Below are positions 27,401 through 42,400 of a stretch of 64,000 bases of DNA, piece after piece (within the stretch, counting starts at the first letter, position 1; each line of letters starts with the position of its first letter). Location of the stretch: contig JAQGDQ010000098.1 in NCBI GenBank assembly GCA_030141605.1, positions 372,001 through 436,000 on the forward strand, in the 5' to 3' direction. The notes below the pieces were generated by a model that was given only the letters and a program-made list of their open reading frames with translations, was not told where the DNA came from and did no database searches. Position numbers and translations under genes: made by a program. Origin of the DNA: Tubiluchus corallicola (taxonomy: Eukaryota > Animalia > Priapulida).

Positions 27401-27896
27401 GGCCACAGTTTATTTACGAATCTATGAAAGTAAATTTTATTTATAAACACGTGCGTGAAATTATTGCATATTGCATAGTAAAGCAGTTCTCGTCTTACTT
27501 AATGCTTCATATAAATTCTAAAAAATCTGAATAATGTTCAGTGCTCGCGAAGCCCAACGGAAAGTAGAATAACTGGAACACGCATGCGCATAACAGCAAA
27601 CAAAAGAACACCGAAATTTTTGTTAATACGGATGCTACTATTTCATTCATTCACAATGCCTACAAAATCAAAGGTATTATTAGGAAGAATGCTACAACTT
27701 TGTAATGTTCCAATACGAGACGCTTGAGTTTTCGTCAAATATTCTTTTAGGTGATTTCATAAAAAAATTGACAGGCAAGGAAACAGGCAGAGGGATAGAC
27801 GAATAGCTGAAACAAAATGCTACGTAAGTTCATTTCCGAACCAGAACTGAGAGAAAGAGGGAGAGAGGGAGGGAGGGAGGGAGAGGGGGAGAGAGA

Positions 27897-27980
<84 letters not shown>

Positions 27981-30900
27981 ACTACATTTTAAATTAATAA
28001 ATTCACGTTATATACGAACAACTGGAAATACCACAGAAGTTATTCTAATAATCACATTCATCACAAATATACGCTTTTCCACATAATCCCACAGTACAAT
28101 AGTTGCAATCCGGGAAACCTTTTCCCGTGAGAGGCCGTGTGTTAACATTAATTTCCTTCAAATGATAACTCGGGCAAATAAATCAGCAGTACATCAGGCG
28201 AATTCTTTGTGTGAAGTTCGACCGCAATGACGACAATAAATTCTACTCAACGTTTGCCACGTATTTTCCGTGATTGTGCTTGCTGGAAAACAAAACAGCA
28301 GCCCATTTTTCACCACAGGAAAATGTCAACTTTCAGACAAACTTTTTGTGCAATTGTGAACAAATAAACTACCAAGAATAGCCTTGAAAATTAAAAGAAG
28401 TTAGGATTGGATAGCTCCCAAAACAAAGATTGTAGAGACTGAATCAATAATTTTAATAAGCTTACTAACTTTTTTTCAGAAAAGAAAACTGTATATTGTA
28501 AGAAAATATATTATAGTGAGAATTCGTTCAATCGCGAGAATTCCTAAAAAATACGTGTAATGCATAGCAAGGCATCAATATTTTACTTGGTTAAACTGCC
28601 AAGCGTAAATTTACTAATAGGTAGACATTACGTGACAAACATACATAATTTTACTTCAAACAATTTTGTAATTTATTATATTCGGTTTCAGTGGAAAACT
28701 GACGTACTCTTTTTTGTTTAGTCTTTTCAGAAACATATGCAGCTTATAGCTTACACAGGATTGCACACGCAAACTAAAATAAAATAAACAACCGGCAATT
28801 CATGCATTGCAAAATTCATATAAAATTTACATTCAGCACAATTTCTGTTACCGGCCAGTGTCAGTTGTAGATCCCGTCTAGTTTGCTATAGATCTGTTCG
28901 TGACCTAGTAGCAATAAAAAGCGAATTTGCTTTAATTATAGTCAAGCAATTTTTCACGGTACTGCTACAATCCACATGATGATTCAAGACAATAAAAAAA
29001 CACAGACGCATTTTCTGCTTTAATAAACAAGAATAACACGGCAATAACACAGTATAATGTACAATATTTACAAAAAGATGACGACACTATGTAATACTAT
29101 CAGGGATTACAACACAAAAACACCGGGTAGAAAGTAGGCGAATTGGATTTCTACAGGGTATAGTAAGTTTAGCTATATTACACATTAAATGCGTGTTCCT
29201 GTTCATAGATCTATTGCTACACTGTCACAAAGCTAGGGAGATCGGAGAGATAAAGATTTTGTACTATAAACCGACTCTTTTGTTTCATCCCCACAGTAAA
29301 CACAGCTGCATAATTCACCCAATATTCAGTATTGTTGTCTTTAATTACCCACGTGAAATGAAAGCTGGAGGGGCGAATCTGCATCACTGGATGGTCACAA
29401 TTAATTTAATTTTTACTTTAATTCAATACACATAGTACTATATTATATATATTTGCAACACATAAAAATTATAAAAACAGATTAAGAGTTACTAACTAAA
29501 AATCTAAAATACACATTAAAAATAAGTTGCCTCAAAATTATATGTTTCACCAGTTTTTAAAAAACAGATACTCAAATAAAACATGTGAGTTTATACAGCT
29601 AAAAACTAGAATCTACGTCATCACTATAATCAACAGATAATGTGTGCCCCAGATATTTTTCACTTTTACTGACATTAACTGGTTTACCATTAAGAAAATC
29701 TTTTCCAGGTACAATATTTCGCATCTTCTCAGGGATGAAAAATAGCCATTTGGTTTTTGACTCATTAAACACAATATTGTGAGAAACGGCAAAATTTTCG
29801 CATATATCTAATAATTTCTGCAAGTTATTGACAGAAGGCCCTATTAGGTCCTATTACACATTATCACAAGACACAAGCACACACATATAGCGATCATCAT
29901 TTCTAAGATCGTTAAATCAAAACTGATTTGCGGTCATCTTATAATTTTGCTCTTACCACATTGGATGACCTTCAATAAACTGACCTTCGAAGATGTTTCA
30001 AAAGACCGCTCAAGAACTTGGCGATTTTATTTGCACAGCAGAGATCAAAGTCAAGATGAGGTTATTGGATTTTTTTCGAAAACAACGATCATGAACTAAA
30101 AATCGCTCTAATTTTCAGCCTAGGAAAAGATCAGCCCTAAAACAGGCAAGCAAGAGTCAATATTGAATCATGTACTTGAGAAATTGCTGGATTTGCAGTA
30201 GTAATGGTAAGGCCCAACTCGCATACAAAGTCGGCCGTGTGACTTAAGCCTAAGCCAAGAGTAAACCCAGACCCGCTCGATAAAGATTTTAAATATACAG
30301 ATGGCGGGAGATTATATCGGCTATTTATATGGTTGCTATAGCGGCTGGCATACGTCTAGATTATTAGAATGATAATGTACTCATAAAAGACATGCGTGAT
30401 GTACGTATTACAAGGCTTAATGTGGGCTTTCATAGAAATAGCCCAGTTTCATGATAAACGAATCGACTTTCATATCGATTTGATGTATAAAAATGCTTCG
30501 CAATGAACATAATACTGTACATATATTATAATGTGGTGCACCAATGTCCGAGTCCGTGACACACTAGCAAAATTACTACTGCGTCTGATTTTGGCACACA
30601 TTCAAAATAACACTATCGTGAAAAAGAGGACCCTTCTCATACAGATATGAAAACTTTCTACGCACACAGTATCAGTGCCATTCTTTACATTAGAACCACA
30701 TAAAGGAAGAACTCACTCCTTTGGACGTTTGTTGAAAAAGCTATCATTAGTTTAGCTGTCAAAACTCGTAGCATGGTCATGTGCGCTTTAGAAAGTACCA
30801 CAGTATATTTTAGTTTTCTTAATGCTGTGCGTAAGTTAGTTTTTTATACTTACTGAATAATCTATGCACAAGGTACGGCATAGAAAAAGGACTTCAATAT

Positions 30901-33410
30901 TTTCTCTTTTTATCTAGTGTCATATTTCAGCATTTCTCCATCTAAGGTGATCCTCATTCTACGGTCAGTACTGTATAATATATTTTAATGAGTATTAATT
31001 ATTTTTCAGCGATAGTTCTTTGGTTCTTCCTCAGTCAAGCACGCCTGCAGTAATGGCACATGTCAGTCATGACGACATAAATGTCAACAGTAAAGGACAA
31101 TCAGCAAGACAACAAGTACAAGTGCACTCGTCTGCACCGAAAATGATCATTCTAGTCAAGAATGCACCCTATCCAGAATAGCATCAAACAAGTCAATCAT
31201 TACATTGCATTAGCAGTGAGGAATAAGAAAATTCCTGCATTAGAATGATTGGACGACGAACATTGCAAGCTAAAGTTGGATATACAATCTGCGGCGGTTA
31301 GAGTCGTAATCTCTAAAGACCTTCATTTAACCTAATCACTTGTAGAACGGGAATGCAAGTCAGTGACCAGACATCAAGTGCCATGGAGAGCGCAATCTAA
31401 TCACGATGTGCACGTAAATCATTTAAAAGCCAAAACGTTAAGCCGATTCGGCGGAAATAAATTCCCAAACTCTTGTAAAATAAGTGCGGTAATTTAATCA
31501 GTTTGTGTAACAGCAGCTATAGATCTGATGTAGCATTGATCGGCAAAGTCATGCAAGGTGGTAATCGAGCCGTGACCGCCATAGTAAATGCCAGATAAAA
31601 TTTAGATAGAACAGGACAAATGTAAGCCACGACCGGACCTTTGTAAAATGTTTCCCCAAACCAAATCGTGACCAACAGGGCCCGCTGTAGTGACCACTGG
31701 CCACACAGATGGACTTACCAAGCAGGTCAATCGCGACAGTGATCCACAGCTGATGCGAGGTTAATTAGGGAGTGCGTTTAGATTAATACACAAGTCCCAA
31801 ATCAAGTACAGTTGCATGCAAAAGTATTATGGAAATTGCACAATGCACAGTGCTCATTTAAATTAATGGCCTATGATCACTGAGGCCACATGGCACGTTT
31901 ACAAACATGCACATACTAGATACTAAGTACATACTAGGATCCAAGTACATGTACATTTGCAAAAAAAAGCAGAACCGAAAAACAATGTAAGAAAGACTAT
32001 AGTTTCAGCACACGACCGAATCAATCAAAATAAATGGAATTTTCGAAGCATGCATGTTCTGAGAGCTTAGGCTGGTAAAGTGTGGAGAATTTACGAAATA
32101 AAAAACCAGAACATCCACGATGTTTCCGAAATCTTGTGCACAAGAAGCGAACATTTCTGGAAAATCCAAGTAAACATGTTCGACAAGGAAACCGAATGAC
32201 ATGGCAATCGGATTATAGTATTATAAAAAAGCAGGTGAAAAAACCAGCTTTACAGATTTGCTTTTTACAAAAGAAAATGGCTTCAGGTTACGACATTCTT
32301 CACACTAACACAATAATTACATTAACACAGTATACAGTAATAAGTAACCAAGCGAGAGTTGTTAGCATTCAGTCGCTGCAACTAACCATGTATATGCGCA
32401 GGTCTCTGAAAGGAAGCCGGTAACGAAACTTTGCCGCTTATTAATTACCTTCACTCCATGGTTTTCATAGAAGCCCAAAAGTTAGCACTGCCTGATGCTA
32501 ATAGAACAGAAGGTGGAATTACAACATGTCTTGTATACAAGAAAAGAGAACTAATTATCTTTGAGAGTAATGACGTCATGGTTGTATAATGACAAACACT
32601 GACACGTCATGGCGCCCGCGCGACCGCGTCAATATTCTAATAGTGTTTTTTTTATGAACAACGCCCTTTGTTGGGTAGCTTGACGTTCTCTAACCTAAAG
32701 CAGATTGTCCAAGCGTGCGCAAGTTAGGATACATAAGCATGACGCTAGGCCGCTGTTTTTAAGCCACCCTTTTGTTAGAATTGTCATACTGCATTGTAAA
32801 TTTGTTTATACATGTGCCTCGCGATGGCTGTTAATGGTAATACAATGTTTAAACGCGCTTTCATCTACCACTGTTGTACGAACAGTCTTGACGGTCTCTA
32901 GTCACATGACTCGTATAACTGACCATCACCTGACTTGTAATTACAAGGTGAAGCCTCACATAGTGAATGAATGACTTGGCGACGTAAGAAGCAATCTTTC
33001 TTCAGCATGGCTGTTATTATATTTACTCAGCTTATAACAAAGGCAGCTGCGAGTCTTGTCAAGTTGTTAAACATCGCATGAGCATTCGTGTACAAGTTAG
33101 ACAGTGAATATGGCATTGGTGCTGTAGAGTAATGTTATTCTGGTTAGTGCAGCTAAGAAAACACAATAAGCACACACATGCTTACACATCTAATAATTTA
33201 ATTAACTGTGTAATTAAGAAATGGTCAGTGGGTGGTCACTCGAAATTGCAGGCAATAGTAAATGGCGTTCTAAACAAAATGCAGTTTAATGATCGCCCAC
33301 CAATTACAGCGACCGAGATTCCACAGGCATCATCATAGCAACTATATAAATTTATGACAAAAACTGACTAATACTGAACTTTGAATTTAACATGCTCTTG
33401 TAGAAACGAC

Positions 33411-33450
<40 letters not shown>

Positions 33451-36400
33451 TCGTATATAGCCCAAATTTTGCCTTAATAGTAGTGTAAAATCATTTTGCT
33501 TATTACAACGAAAATAAATACATACATTATATAGTTATTCGACATACGGTCCAAAAGCAAGAATTACAAAAAAATGTTTACAGCGACACACAAACAAATG
33601 TAACCTGGCAAGCACTAGGTAAAACAGATATTTTTATACCTTACGAAGACGTATTTTAGTCTGAAAGATTGTCGCAATATATATTAAAAAGTACAGAATT
33701 AAGACCGAATTTCATGATAAAATATGTCGATGCAATTATAAGTTGTTTCCAATAATATAAAAAAGTTTTATGTTGTACAAAATTGTTGTAATGATGATAT
33801 AATAAAATTAAAATTAAATTGAGAGTCCTAAAAACATTTGTGGGATTAAAAAGGCGGGACCTGCTCATGCTGGTTCCTTCTTGGATTCAAAAATCACAAA
33901 AGGTTACCCGACAGCTAATTTTGCAGTTTTCTGTTTGCAATCCTTAAACTTCATATTGTTAGAGTGTGAATTTTTATTATTGTTTGTGTGTTTGTGTATT
34001 ACAAGATGTATGTTGAAATATAGAACTATGTTTCTGCAATAAAAGTTTCAATTCAATTTATTTGATTTATTTGCTTTTCAATTGCCCCAGATGAAAAATT
34101 AAGGAAAACACGTTTGATAAAACAACGTCCTCTGTCTTCAGTCATTTAGCTATTTCCTAATTCATTTTTCTTTGCCTTAATGCACTCGGTTTAGCCATCA
34201 CAACTGAATTATCCGTTCTCTTTTGCCCCAGTTCCAATAATACTGGAGAAAGTTTAGAGCGGGTCAAATTGGCTTTATAAGCTTAATGAATTACTCATAG
34301 TTATCTAGACTTTCATAATAACGCCTATACGCATTACTTTCTTAAAGAATTCAGCTATTAAGACCGCAACGTGATGGATGAAATTGTGATTATGTCAAAT
34401 TAATGCATACGCACATACTTACGAAGACAACGTCCTGGCGTTAATTCTCTTCAAAATAATTCACACGTAAGTACAGTGCCCTCTATTATACAGATCGCAA
34501 TTAAATCACTCGAGCATGACAGTTATTGTTACGCAACAAGGCAGCCTACACGGTTCTTAATGAGTGAATTGCATGAACCATCATATTATAATGTCAATAG
34601 TTTAGCCTTTGTGGCACTCAGATAACAATGATTTCTTATCTTGGATGAACGAAATTAATCCATCATACAAAAGTGAACAGACATGAGCTATAATATGCAG
34701 TATTAAAACTCTGTGGATAAAGACTACTAAAATTCCATGCAGGTTTTTAACTAATGATATTATGACTTGATTTTAGGTTTAAATCTGCAATTTGATAAGA
34801 CTGAAAATCTACTGGTAAATCTGCTTAAATTACGTGGACGGTGAATTAAAATGTTTGTTATTATATCCCTTACCAAGAAAAAAAATTTAAAGCGCGCGGA
34901 AAACAGTGGTTGCTGGCCGAAAATACACGAAATAAGATCTGAGTACATCAGTGTAAATAGTTGCTTACATTCTGCCATAATTAAGTTCGCTGTCTAAATA
35001 CTACAGTACTCTTTGGAAACATTACCTGTTACATTAATTTATATACAGATTTGGGGCCACAAAAATAAAACTTTTTAGTTTGGGACTATCATAAAATATC
35101 GTCTTTTGAACTTAGCCATCAAATATAGAGTACAGAGAAAGTAAGAGACAGTGAACGAGCGACTACCAGGCAGATGCCTTGTCAGCCATATTTCACTCGG
35201 CAAGTATTCTTGTGGAGAGAAAAATGTCAGCCAACCTGTGTAGGTCTTCAAATAAAGGTATTTTGTACAGACAAGTTACAGTGCAAGGACAACAGATATA
35301 ATTAGAATTTCTTAAATACCATGGCGCTCTTTCAAGTCTTTCTCTACGCCTGATAACAGTAATAACAATAATAGTCATCGAAACCGTTAGTACTATTAGC
35401 TAATAATAAAATCAATAACGCGTATAATAAAAAAATAACGGAAATCAATGTATGTCACTAGGAAATGCAAACGCCTACAATAACATATACATCGACAAAG
35501 AATAAAAACACAGCCGCAGCACATGTAAGCACGATTTTGTTTGACACAAAGCTGTGCCTTATGTTTAAAAAACCCAAAATACGCTCATGCAAATAAAACA
35601 ATTTCATCACAACAATTTATGGCGAATGTATACAAATCTGATGCAGTGAAATTGATTTATAGTGCATATAGGCGATAACATGGTTATGATTAAAGTGGTC
35701 ATTATATAACACGCAGCGAAGTATTTTATAAGCGGTTATAAAATCATTTGTACAAGCGAAAAACACTCGTTCAGGTTTATACAACACTTAAAATTGTTTG
35801 GTCTGTTTTTGCGCAAATTGTGAATTTGCGTTTAACGCAACGATTGACTCCAAACTGTAGCACAAATAAGTCAAAAACACAAAAAAATCATTTTTATATT
35901 AGCGTACAAATATCACACAAAAATAGGCATGCAGGTTCAGCAGCACAGCCTGCATGCAGTTCAGGGCGAAATCTCGTTTATAAGCATCTGCATTCTCCAC
36001 AGAATCTATAAGATATAAGATAATGGATTATGAGATCATGACTGGATTGTGATTGTACATCCTAATACATATTTTTCTGTAATCATTTTTTAAAGAAACA
36101 AAATTGATTGACGAGTAGATGCGCAGCAACGTGAATAAAATTGAAAATTTCTACATGCTAGATACATACATGTAATATAAATCAAATGAGACATGAGGAC
36201 AAGATAGATGATACTGGTATAACTTGTTTTTTCATATCATCTATTTAATAAACTTTCACATATCTAGTATGGATGAAGGAGCGACCTAAGTGGTTACGAC
36301 AGGTAATTAGCGAATGAACATGAACAGCATTGGGCCGTGTTACTAAAATGGATGGTTAACCGTTATCATGGTGTAGGTGTTGTCGTTGGCATGGTGCTCC

Positions 36401-39400
36401 CAGAGCTTATTCTAGCGTTGTGCCGAACTTTATAAAAATACAAAAAAAGTTTTAACTCGAATCATCAAGTGCAACTCATCAAATTGTAATATAAACATAG
36501 AAAAGCTCTAAGTCAGAAGATACAAGTCATACAATTTTTGAAACTACATTTTTGCGTAGCCAGAATGACCATTTCGAAATCACACAAAAAGGGGTCAATA
36601 ACAAGAGAGGAATCGAGTATGGGCAAATCAATGATGAGTGACTCATCATTGACAAACAAGTGCTGAGGGTGCACAACCATAATTCTATTGAGTTTCTCCA
36701 CTATAATGATCGTCCATTAACGATTGCTAACTGACAGATGCTGGGTCTTGCTGGGTACATATACACGGGGACCTCCCTGGAGAGGAAAACTGGCTTCAAG
36801 AGTGGCCAGTGTTCTGAACAGGCATCGTGAGAATGCGTCAAATTAGATTGTGCTTTGTAAAGTGGTTAGCCTACTTTCTCTTTCTCAAAAATTAAATTAA
36901 TTATTTGGGTATTATGGTACATCACTGTTGTATTTAATAGACAATACTTATTATGTGAAGGACTGTGATTTGTAAAGTGGTTAGCCTACTTTCTCTTTCT
37001 CAAAAATTAAATTAATTATTTGGGTATTATGGTACATCACTGTTGTATTTAATAGACAATACTTATTATGTGAAGGACTGTGATCCGTGCGGTCAATGTA
37101 AATCACGCAAAGCAAAAGAAAATTACATGACCACTACAGCCCAATGATGCCTATTAAAAAAATGTAACCGAAATGCAGTCGTAAAAACATAGCACACAGG
37201 TATCGCATATAATCAACATCAAACTAACCATTCTAACCCCATATCCAGCAAGCAAGGCTAAAAACTTCATCAAACTCATGCATACCATATGCGGCTAATA
37301 ACCCCGGGTTCCCTGCAGGTTCTGAAATGCGCGTTCATTTGAAATGAGCATTCGTAGAACCCACAAAAACGCTGCTAACAGACAAAACCGGTAAACTACT
37401 CCGTACATATATATATATATATATATCAGATTGACAGTTTTTTTAATTAAATTTCTGTTCACTTCAATGGACAACATAAAATTAATGAAACTTAAACAAA
37501 AACTAAATTTGAAACAGCAACATTCGCAAAAAAAACTTAAAAATTAATTCATGGTTCTCCTGAAATTATGCCCTATTTAGCAACTTTGAATCATTAATGT
37601 GAACGGAATAATTCGACTATCAGCTGTGCAAGACCGTTCATGACAGTATAAAGTGAAACAAATGTTGTGATATTTCTGGGCGTTGTTTTTTGGGCCACGA
37701 CCGTGGTTTTGTGTGTTTACATGGTACACACACGCTTCCGGCAAGATGATGATCTGGCTCGGTGAAAGTGTTAAAAGGCACAGAAATGCTTAACACATGG
37801 CCGACGTCGACATAGAAAGATAAGCAAATATAACCATTTCTTCAGTTCATAGTTCATGCAAACCACACACAAAATCCTAAAGGCAAATTCGTGATATCAA
37901 TGTTTCTCATCCTTTGATATATTAACAAACGTATAAATCTTGATTCCGGACACAATCCATTGATTCCGCACCCAATCGTTTCGCTAATCACCGAACTTTT
38001 ACTTGCCAGTACCTCGGTCTCTCTAGCAATAGTTATAAACTTATCATAGTGCACAAACTGTTTTTTTACAAGATGATATAGCTGTAACCGAATCCTAACA
38101 TAACCTGCATCAAACCAGCCCACTCATTAGAAAGCATTTTAGGTAGCAAACTCAACTGAAGGTTGACCTCTATGGTATCAACAGACTAAGAACAACTGAA
38201 TTAAGGGTCCAAATGGTCTTGAAACACAACGAGCATTTTCGATACCAGGAATGCCTTAGGACGAGCAGCTAGCGGGGAGCTACACACCAGCTGACTTCGA
38301 GATCTGTGGGCTCAGTAACCAATGGAACCTCACAGCGATCGTCAGTGAGCTCAGTAACCAATGGAACCTCACAGCGATCGTCAGTGAGCTCAGTAACCAA
38401 TGGAACCTCACAGCGATCGTCAGTGAGCTCAGTAACCAATGGAACCTCACAGCGATCGTCAGTGAGCTCAGTAACCAATGGAACCTCACAGCGATCGTCA
38501 GTGAGCTCAGTAACCAATGGAACCTCACAGCGATCGTCAGTGAGCTCAGTAACCAATGGAACCTCACAGCGATCGTCAGTGAGCTCAGTAACCAATGGAA
38601 CCTCACAGCGATCGTCAGTGAGCTCAGTAACCAATGGAACCTCACAGCGATCGTCAGTGAGCTCAGTAACCAATGGAACCTCACAGCGATCGTCAGTGAG
38701 CTCAGTAACCAATGGAACCTCACAGCGATCGTCAGTGGGCTCAGTAACCAATGGAACCTCACAGCGATCGTCAGTGAGCTCAGTAACCAATGGAACCCAC
38801 AACCAAAACCAACCACACAACCTCACAGCGATCGTCAGTGGCTCAGTAACCAATGGAACCTCACAGCGATCGTCAGTGCAGTAACCAATGGAACCTCACA
38901 GCGATCGTCAGTGGGCTCAGTAACCAATGGAACCTCACAGCGATCGTCAGTGAGCTCAGTAACCAATGGAACCTCACAGCGATCGTCAGTGGGCTCAGTA
39001 ACCAATGGAACCTCACAGCATCGTCAGTGGGCTCAGTAACCAATGGAACCTCACAGCGATCGTCAGTGGGCTCAGTAACCAATGGAACCTCACAGCGATC
39101 GTCAGTGGGCTCAGTAACCAATGGAACCTCACAGCGATCGTCAGTGAGCTCAGTAACCAATGGAACCTCACAGCGATCGTCAGTGGGCTCAGTAACCAAT
39201 GGAACCTCACAGCGATCGTCAGTGAGCTCAGTAACCAATGGAACCTCACAGCGATCGTCAGTGAGCTCAGTAACCAATGGAACCTCACAGCGATCGTCAG
39301 TGGGCTCAGTAACCAATGGAACCTCACAGCGATCGTCAGTGGGCTCAGTAACCAATGGAACCTCACAGCGATCGTCAGTGGGCTCAGTAACCAATGGAAC

Positions 39401-42400
39401 CTCACAGCGATCGTCAGTGGGCTCAGTAACCAATGGAACCTCACAGCGATCGTCAGTGGGCTCAGTAACCAATGGAACCTCACAGCGATCGTCAGTGGGC
39501 TCAGTAACCAATGGAACCTCACAGCGATCGTCAGTGGGCTCAGTAACCAATGGAACCTCACAGCGATCGTCAGTGGGCTCAGTAACCAATGGAACCTCAC
39601 AGCGATCGTCAGTGGGCTCAGTAACCAATGGAACCTCACAGCGATCGTCAGTGGGCTCAGTAACCAATGGAACCTCACAGCGATCGTCAGTGGGCTCAGT
39701 AACCAATGGAACCTCACAGCGATCGTCAGTGAGCTCAGTAACCAATGGAACCTCACAGCGATCGTCAGTGGGCTCAGTAACCAATGGAACCTCACAGCGA
39801 TCGTCAGTGAGCTCAGTAACCAATGGAACCTCACAGCGATCGTCAGTGGGCTCAGTAACCAATGGAACCTCACAGCGATCGTCAATGGGCTCAGTAATCA
39901 ATGGAACCTCATCACAGCGATCGTCAGTGGGCTCAGTAACCAATGGAACCTCACAGCGATCGTCAGTGAGCTCAGTAACCAATGGAACCTCACAGCGATC
40001 GTCAGTGGGCTCAGTAACCAATGGAACCTCACAGCGATCGTCAGTGAGCTCAGTAACCAATGGAACCTCACAGCGATCGTCAGTGGGCTCAGTAACCAAT
40101 GGAACCTCACAGCGATCGTCAATGGGCTCAGTAATCAATGGAACCTCATCACAGCGATCGTCAGTGGGCTCAGTAACCAATGGAACCTCACAGCGAACAG
40201 CAGAACCTATGCGTTGCAGACGTATGCGCTCTTATGAGAATCTACGGCTTTTTATTGCTACGATAGAAAATCAGCATGAATATGAAATCACCTTCATTAA
40301 AGGAAAGGCCAAACATTCTGAGAAGTTATGCTTTTATTTCGATATTTACGAAAATGTTAGAACGACTTAGTAAAACACGCACCAAGTGTCTTGTGTGATC
40401 AGTAATTTCACGCTTGGGCACTCCCATTTTGAATGACTGAGGAAACCCACTGCACTGTCAATTTGTGTCAAAGGCATATAAGGTATATAAGAAGTTTTTA
40501 CAAAAAATATTTGTACGTGAACACTAGATAAGCTGCAGACGTTTGAATTATTCTAAATGTGTGCGCTTACGAAAAGTCACGAAATCCACCAGTTACTCCA
40601 TAAGGTTCAAGTGAATGACGGTTACTATGGCGCCTGAAAAGCTCTGTACAGCGGTAGTGCATGAATTAACTTCGTGCCTTATAGACAGTTTTTTGTAATT
40701 TCTTTGTTATATTTGCCTATGTTTAAATAACAACACTAAAATAAATTCAACATGTTAGATGACGTGTCCTTCCTCCAGTGACTCACAACTATGGTACTAG
40801 AAACTGAACAGGAGCAGCAGACAAATCTCTCAGACAGGAAATCATCTACTCGCCACTGCTACATCCTAGACTGCCTCAAATGGTCATCCATCATCGTACA
40901 GCAGCGACAAAATGACGGCCAAACATGACTGCGTCAGGTTGATTAATAAATGATGAACCAACCCACACGAGTCACAATAATCCATCGGCGTCACCTATTA
41001 AAACATGCTCACTAGGTTCAAAACTTATCCGAAGAGCAGTTGCTGAAACCAAATTGGCGATTGATAAGGAAATGGGCATCACGCCAAGCTCACGTTGCAG
41101 TCACGCATGTAGGATCTCTTAACGTCCCTTTAGACATAACGTCCTTTGATTTTAACTTAGCTTTTTGTCGTACGTTGAGTGTTGCCCCAGATATGATATC
41201 TGCACACTTTACGTCCAGCATAATTATGTCTCTTGATACTAATTTATGCCCACTTTTCCGCGTTGCTAATTATTCTCTGTTGACGTCTGATCCCCTCTGA
41301 ACGTTTCCCCCATACCTAACAGATTTTCATTCAACATAAGTAATGACCTAGGGATGACAATACGCATACTTGTAATTGTATGCCCATTTCATAATACGAA
41401 ACGATGAACTACAGCATACATTAGCTGTAACTCTCATTGTAAAATGACTCAGCATAAACACTTGTGCACATTTTTACGAATCTTCACATAATTCATGTTT
41501 TAGTACGATTTTGCATCTGACACAAGGCTATCATTAATCCCACGCAAGTTTAAAGCGCAGTGGCGACAGTTGATGCCTCATTTTAGCATAAGTTTCAGCG
41601 TTATTCTCATTATCATTATGAGAATAAAATAGACGAATCATCATCATTATTCTCATCCACGACAATTTGCTGGAAATGAAAGCCAGAAATCCACAAACGA
41701 AAAAAATGGTCAGCCAAACAGGCCTTTGCATTTCATTTTCAAATGTGACATTTTTGATGTTTAAAAATTAATGCGATATTAAAAAGCAGGTTACTAAAAC
41801 GCTTCTGCTAAAAAAACCGTTAAATGTTGGGTTATAGAGTTTAACGCACTCAATTAAAAAATGGCGACTGAAGATGGAGCATATCATTACAGTCTCGTCA
41901 GTCTACCATACAAACACAAAAACGCAACTGTTTATTTTTATTTGGGGAAAGAATAACCTAGCAGCTGAACAAAATTCTCAATACAGTGTCCTATTTCACA
42001 AGACGATTGTGAAGTTTCTACGCTAATATATAAAACGTGCTGCGGTGCAAGTTAGCCATCTTGTACTTGTACCCATGAATGCACATAGATGAATTTGAGA
42101 GTAAGTAGTAAAATGGGATAGGAACTATCCATTAAGGAATCCAAAAGAAACTTAACAAAAGTGCAGCCATAAAAAACGTCCACATTTTTGTGGAGTTTCT
42201 TTTGAATTTCGTAGTAGTTTCAAGCATTCCCATTACGTTTTAGACTTAAAAAAGCGACACTTCGACCGTGTTGGCTATCTCGATGCTCGTCCAACCTCAA
42301 AATAGACTTTTCATCTGGTTGTAACTAATCAGGATTTGTCAATTTTTGAGCAGGTTATCTGAATCAGTAACATAAATAATAACCATCTAAACGGGAATGG

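Noticed and set aside
27817-28086. ORF with (ER)n tract
   Set aside because: Translation of the (GA)n microsatellite.
38306-40196. CRISPR-like array or large repeat proteins (ORFs up to 505 aa)
   Set aside because: Units are contiguous with no unique spacers, there are no cas genes and the context is a eukaryotic intron. ORFs arise on both strands only because the 39-bp unit lacks stops; no signal peptide or splice support.
41534-41731. Signal-peptide-like [24 protein letters not shown] as DCC exon 1 (likewise 37295-37477, 23347-23535, 45566-45802)
   Set aside because: No good phase-1 donor and/or no ATG start; 60310-60427 has Kozak context, h-region and a consensus donor.
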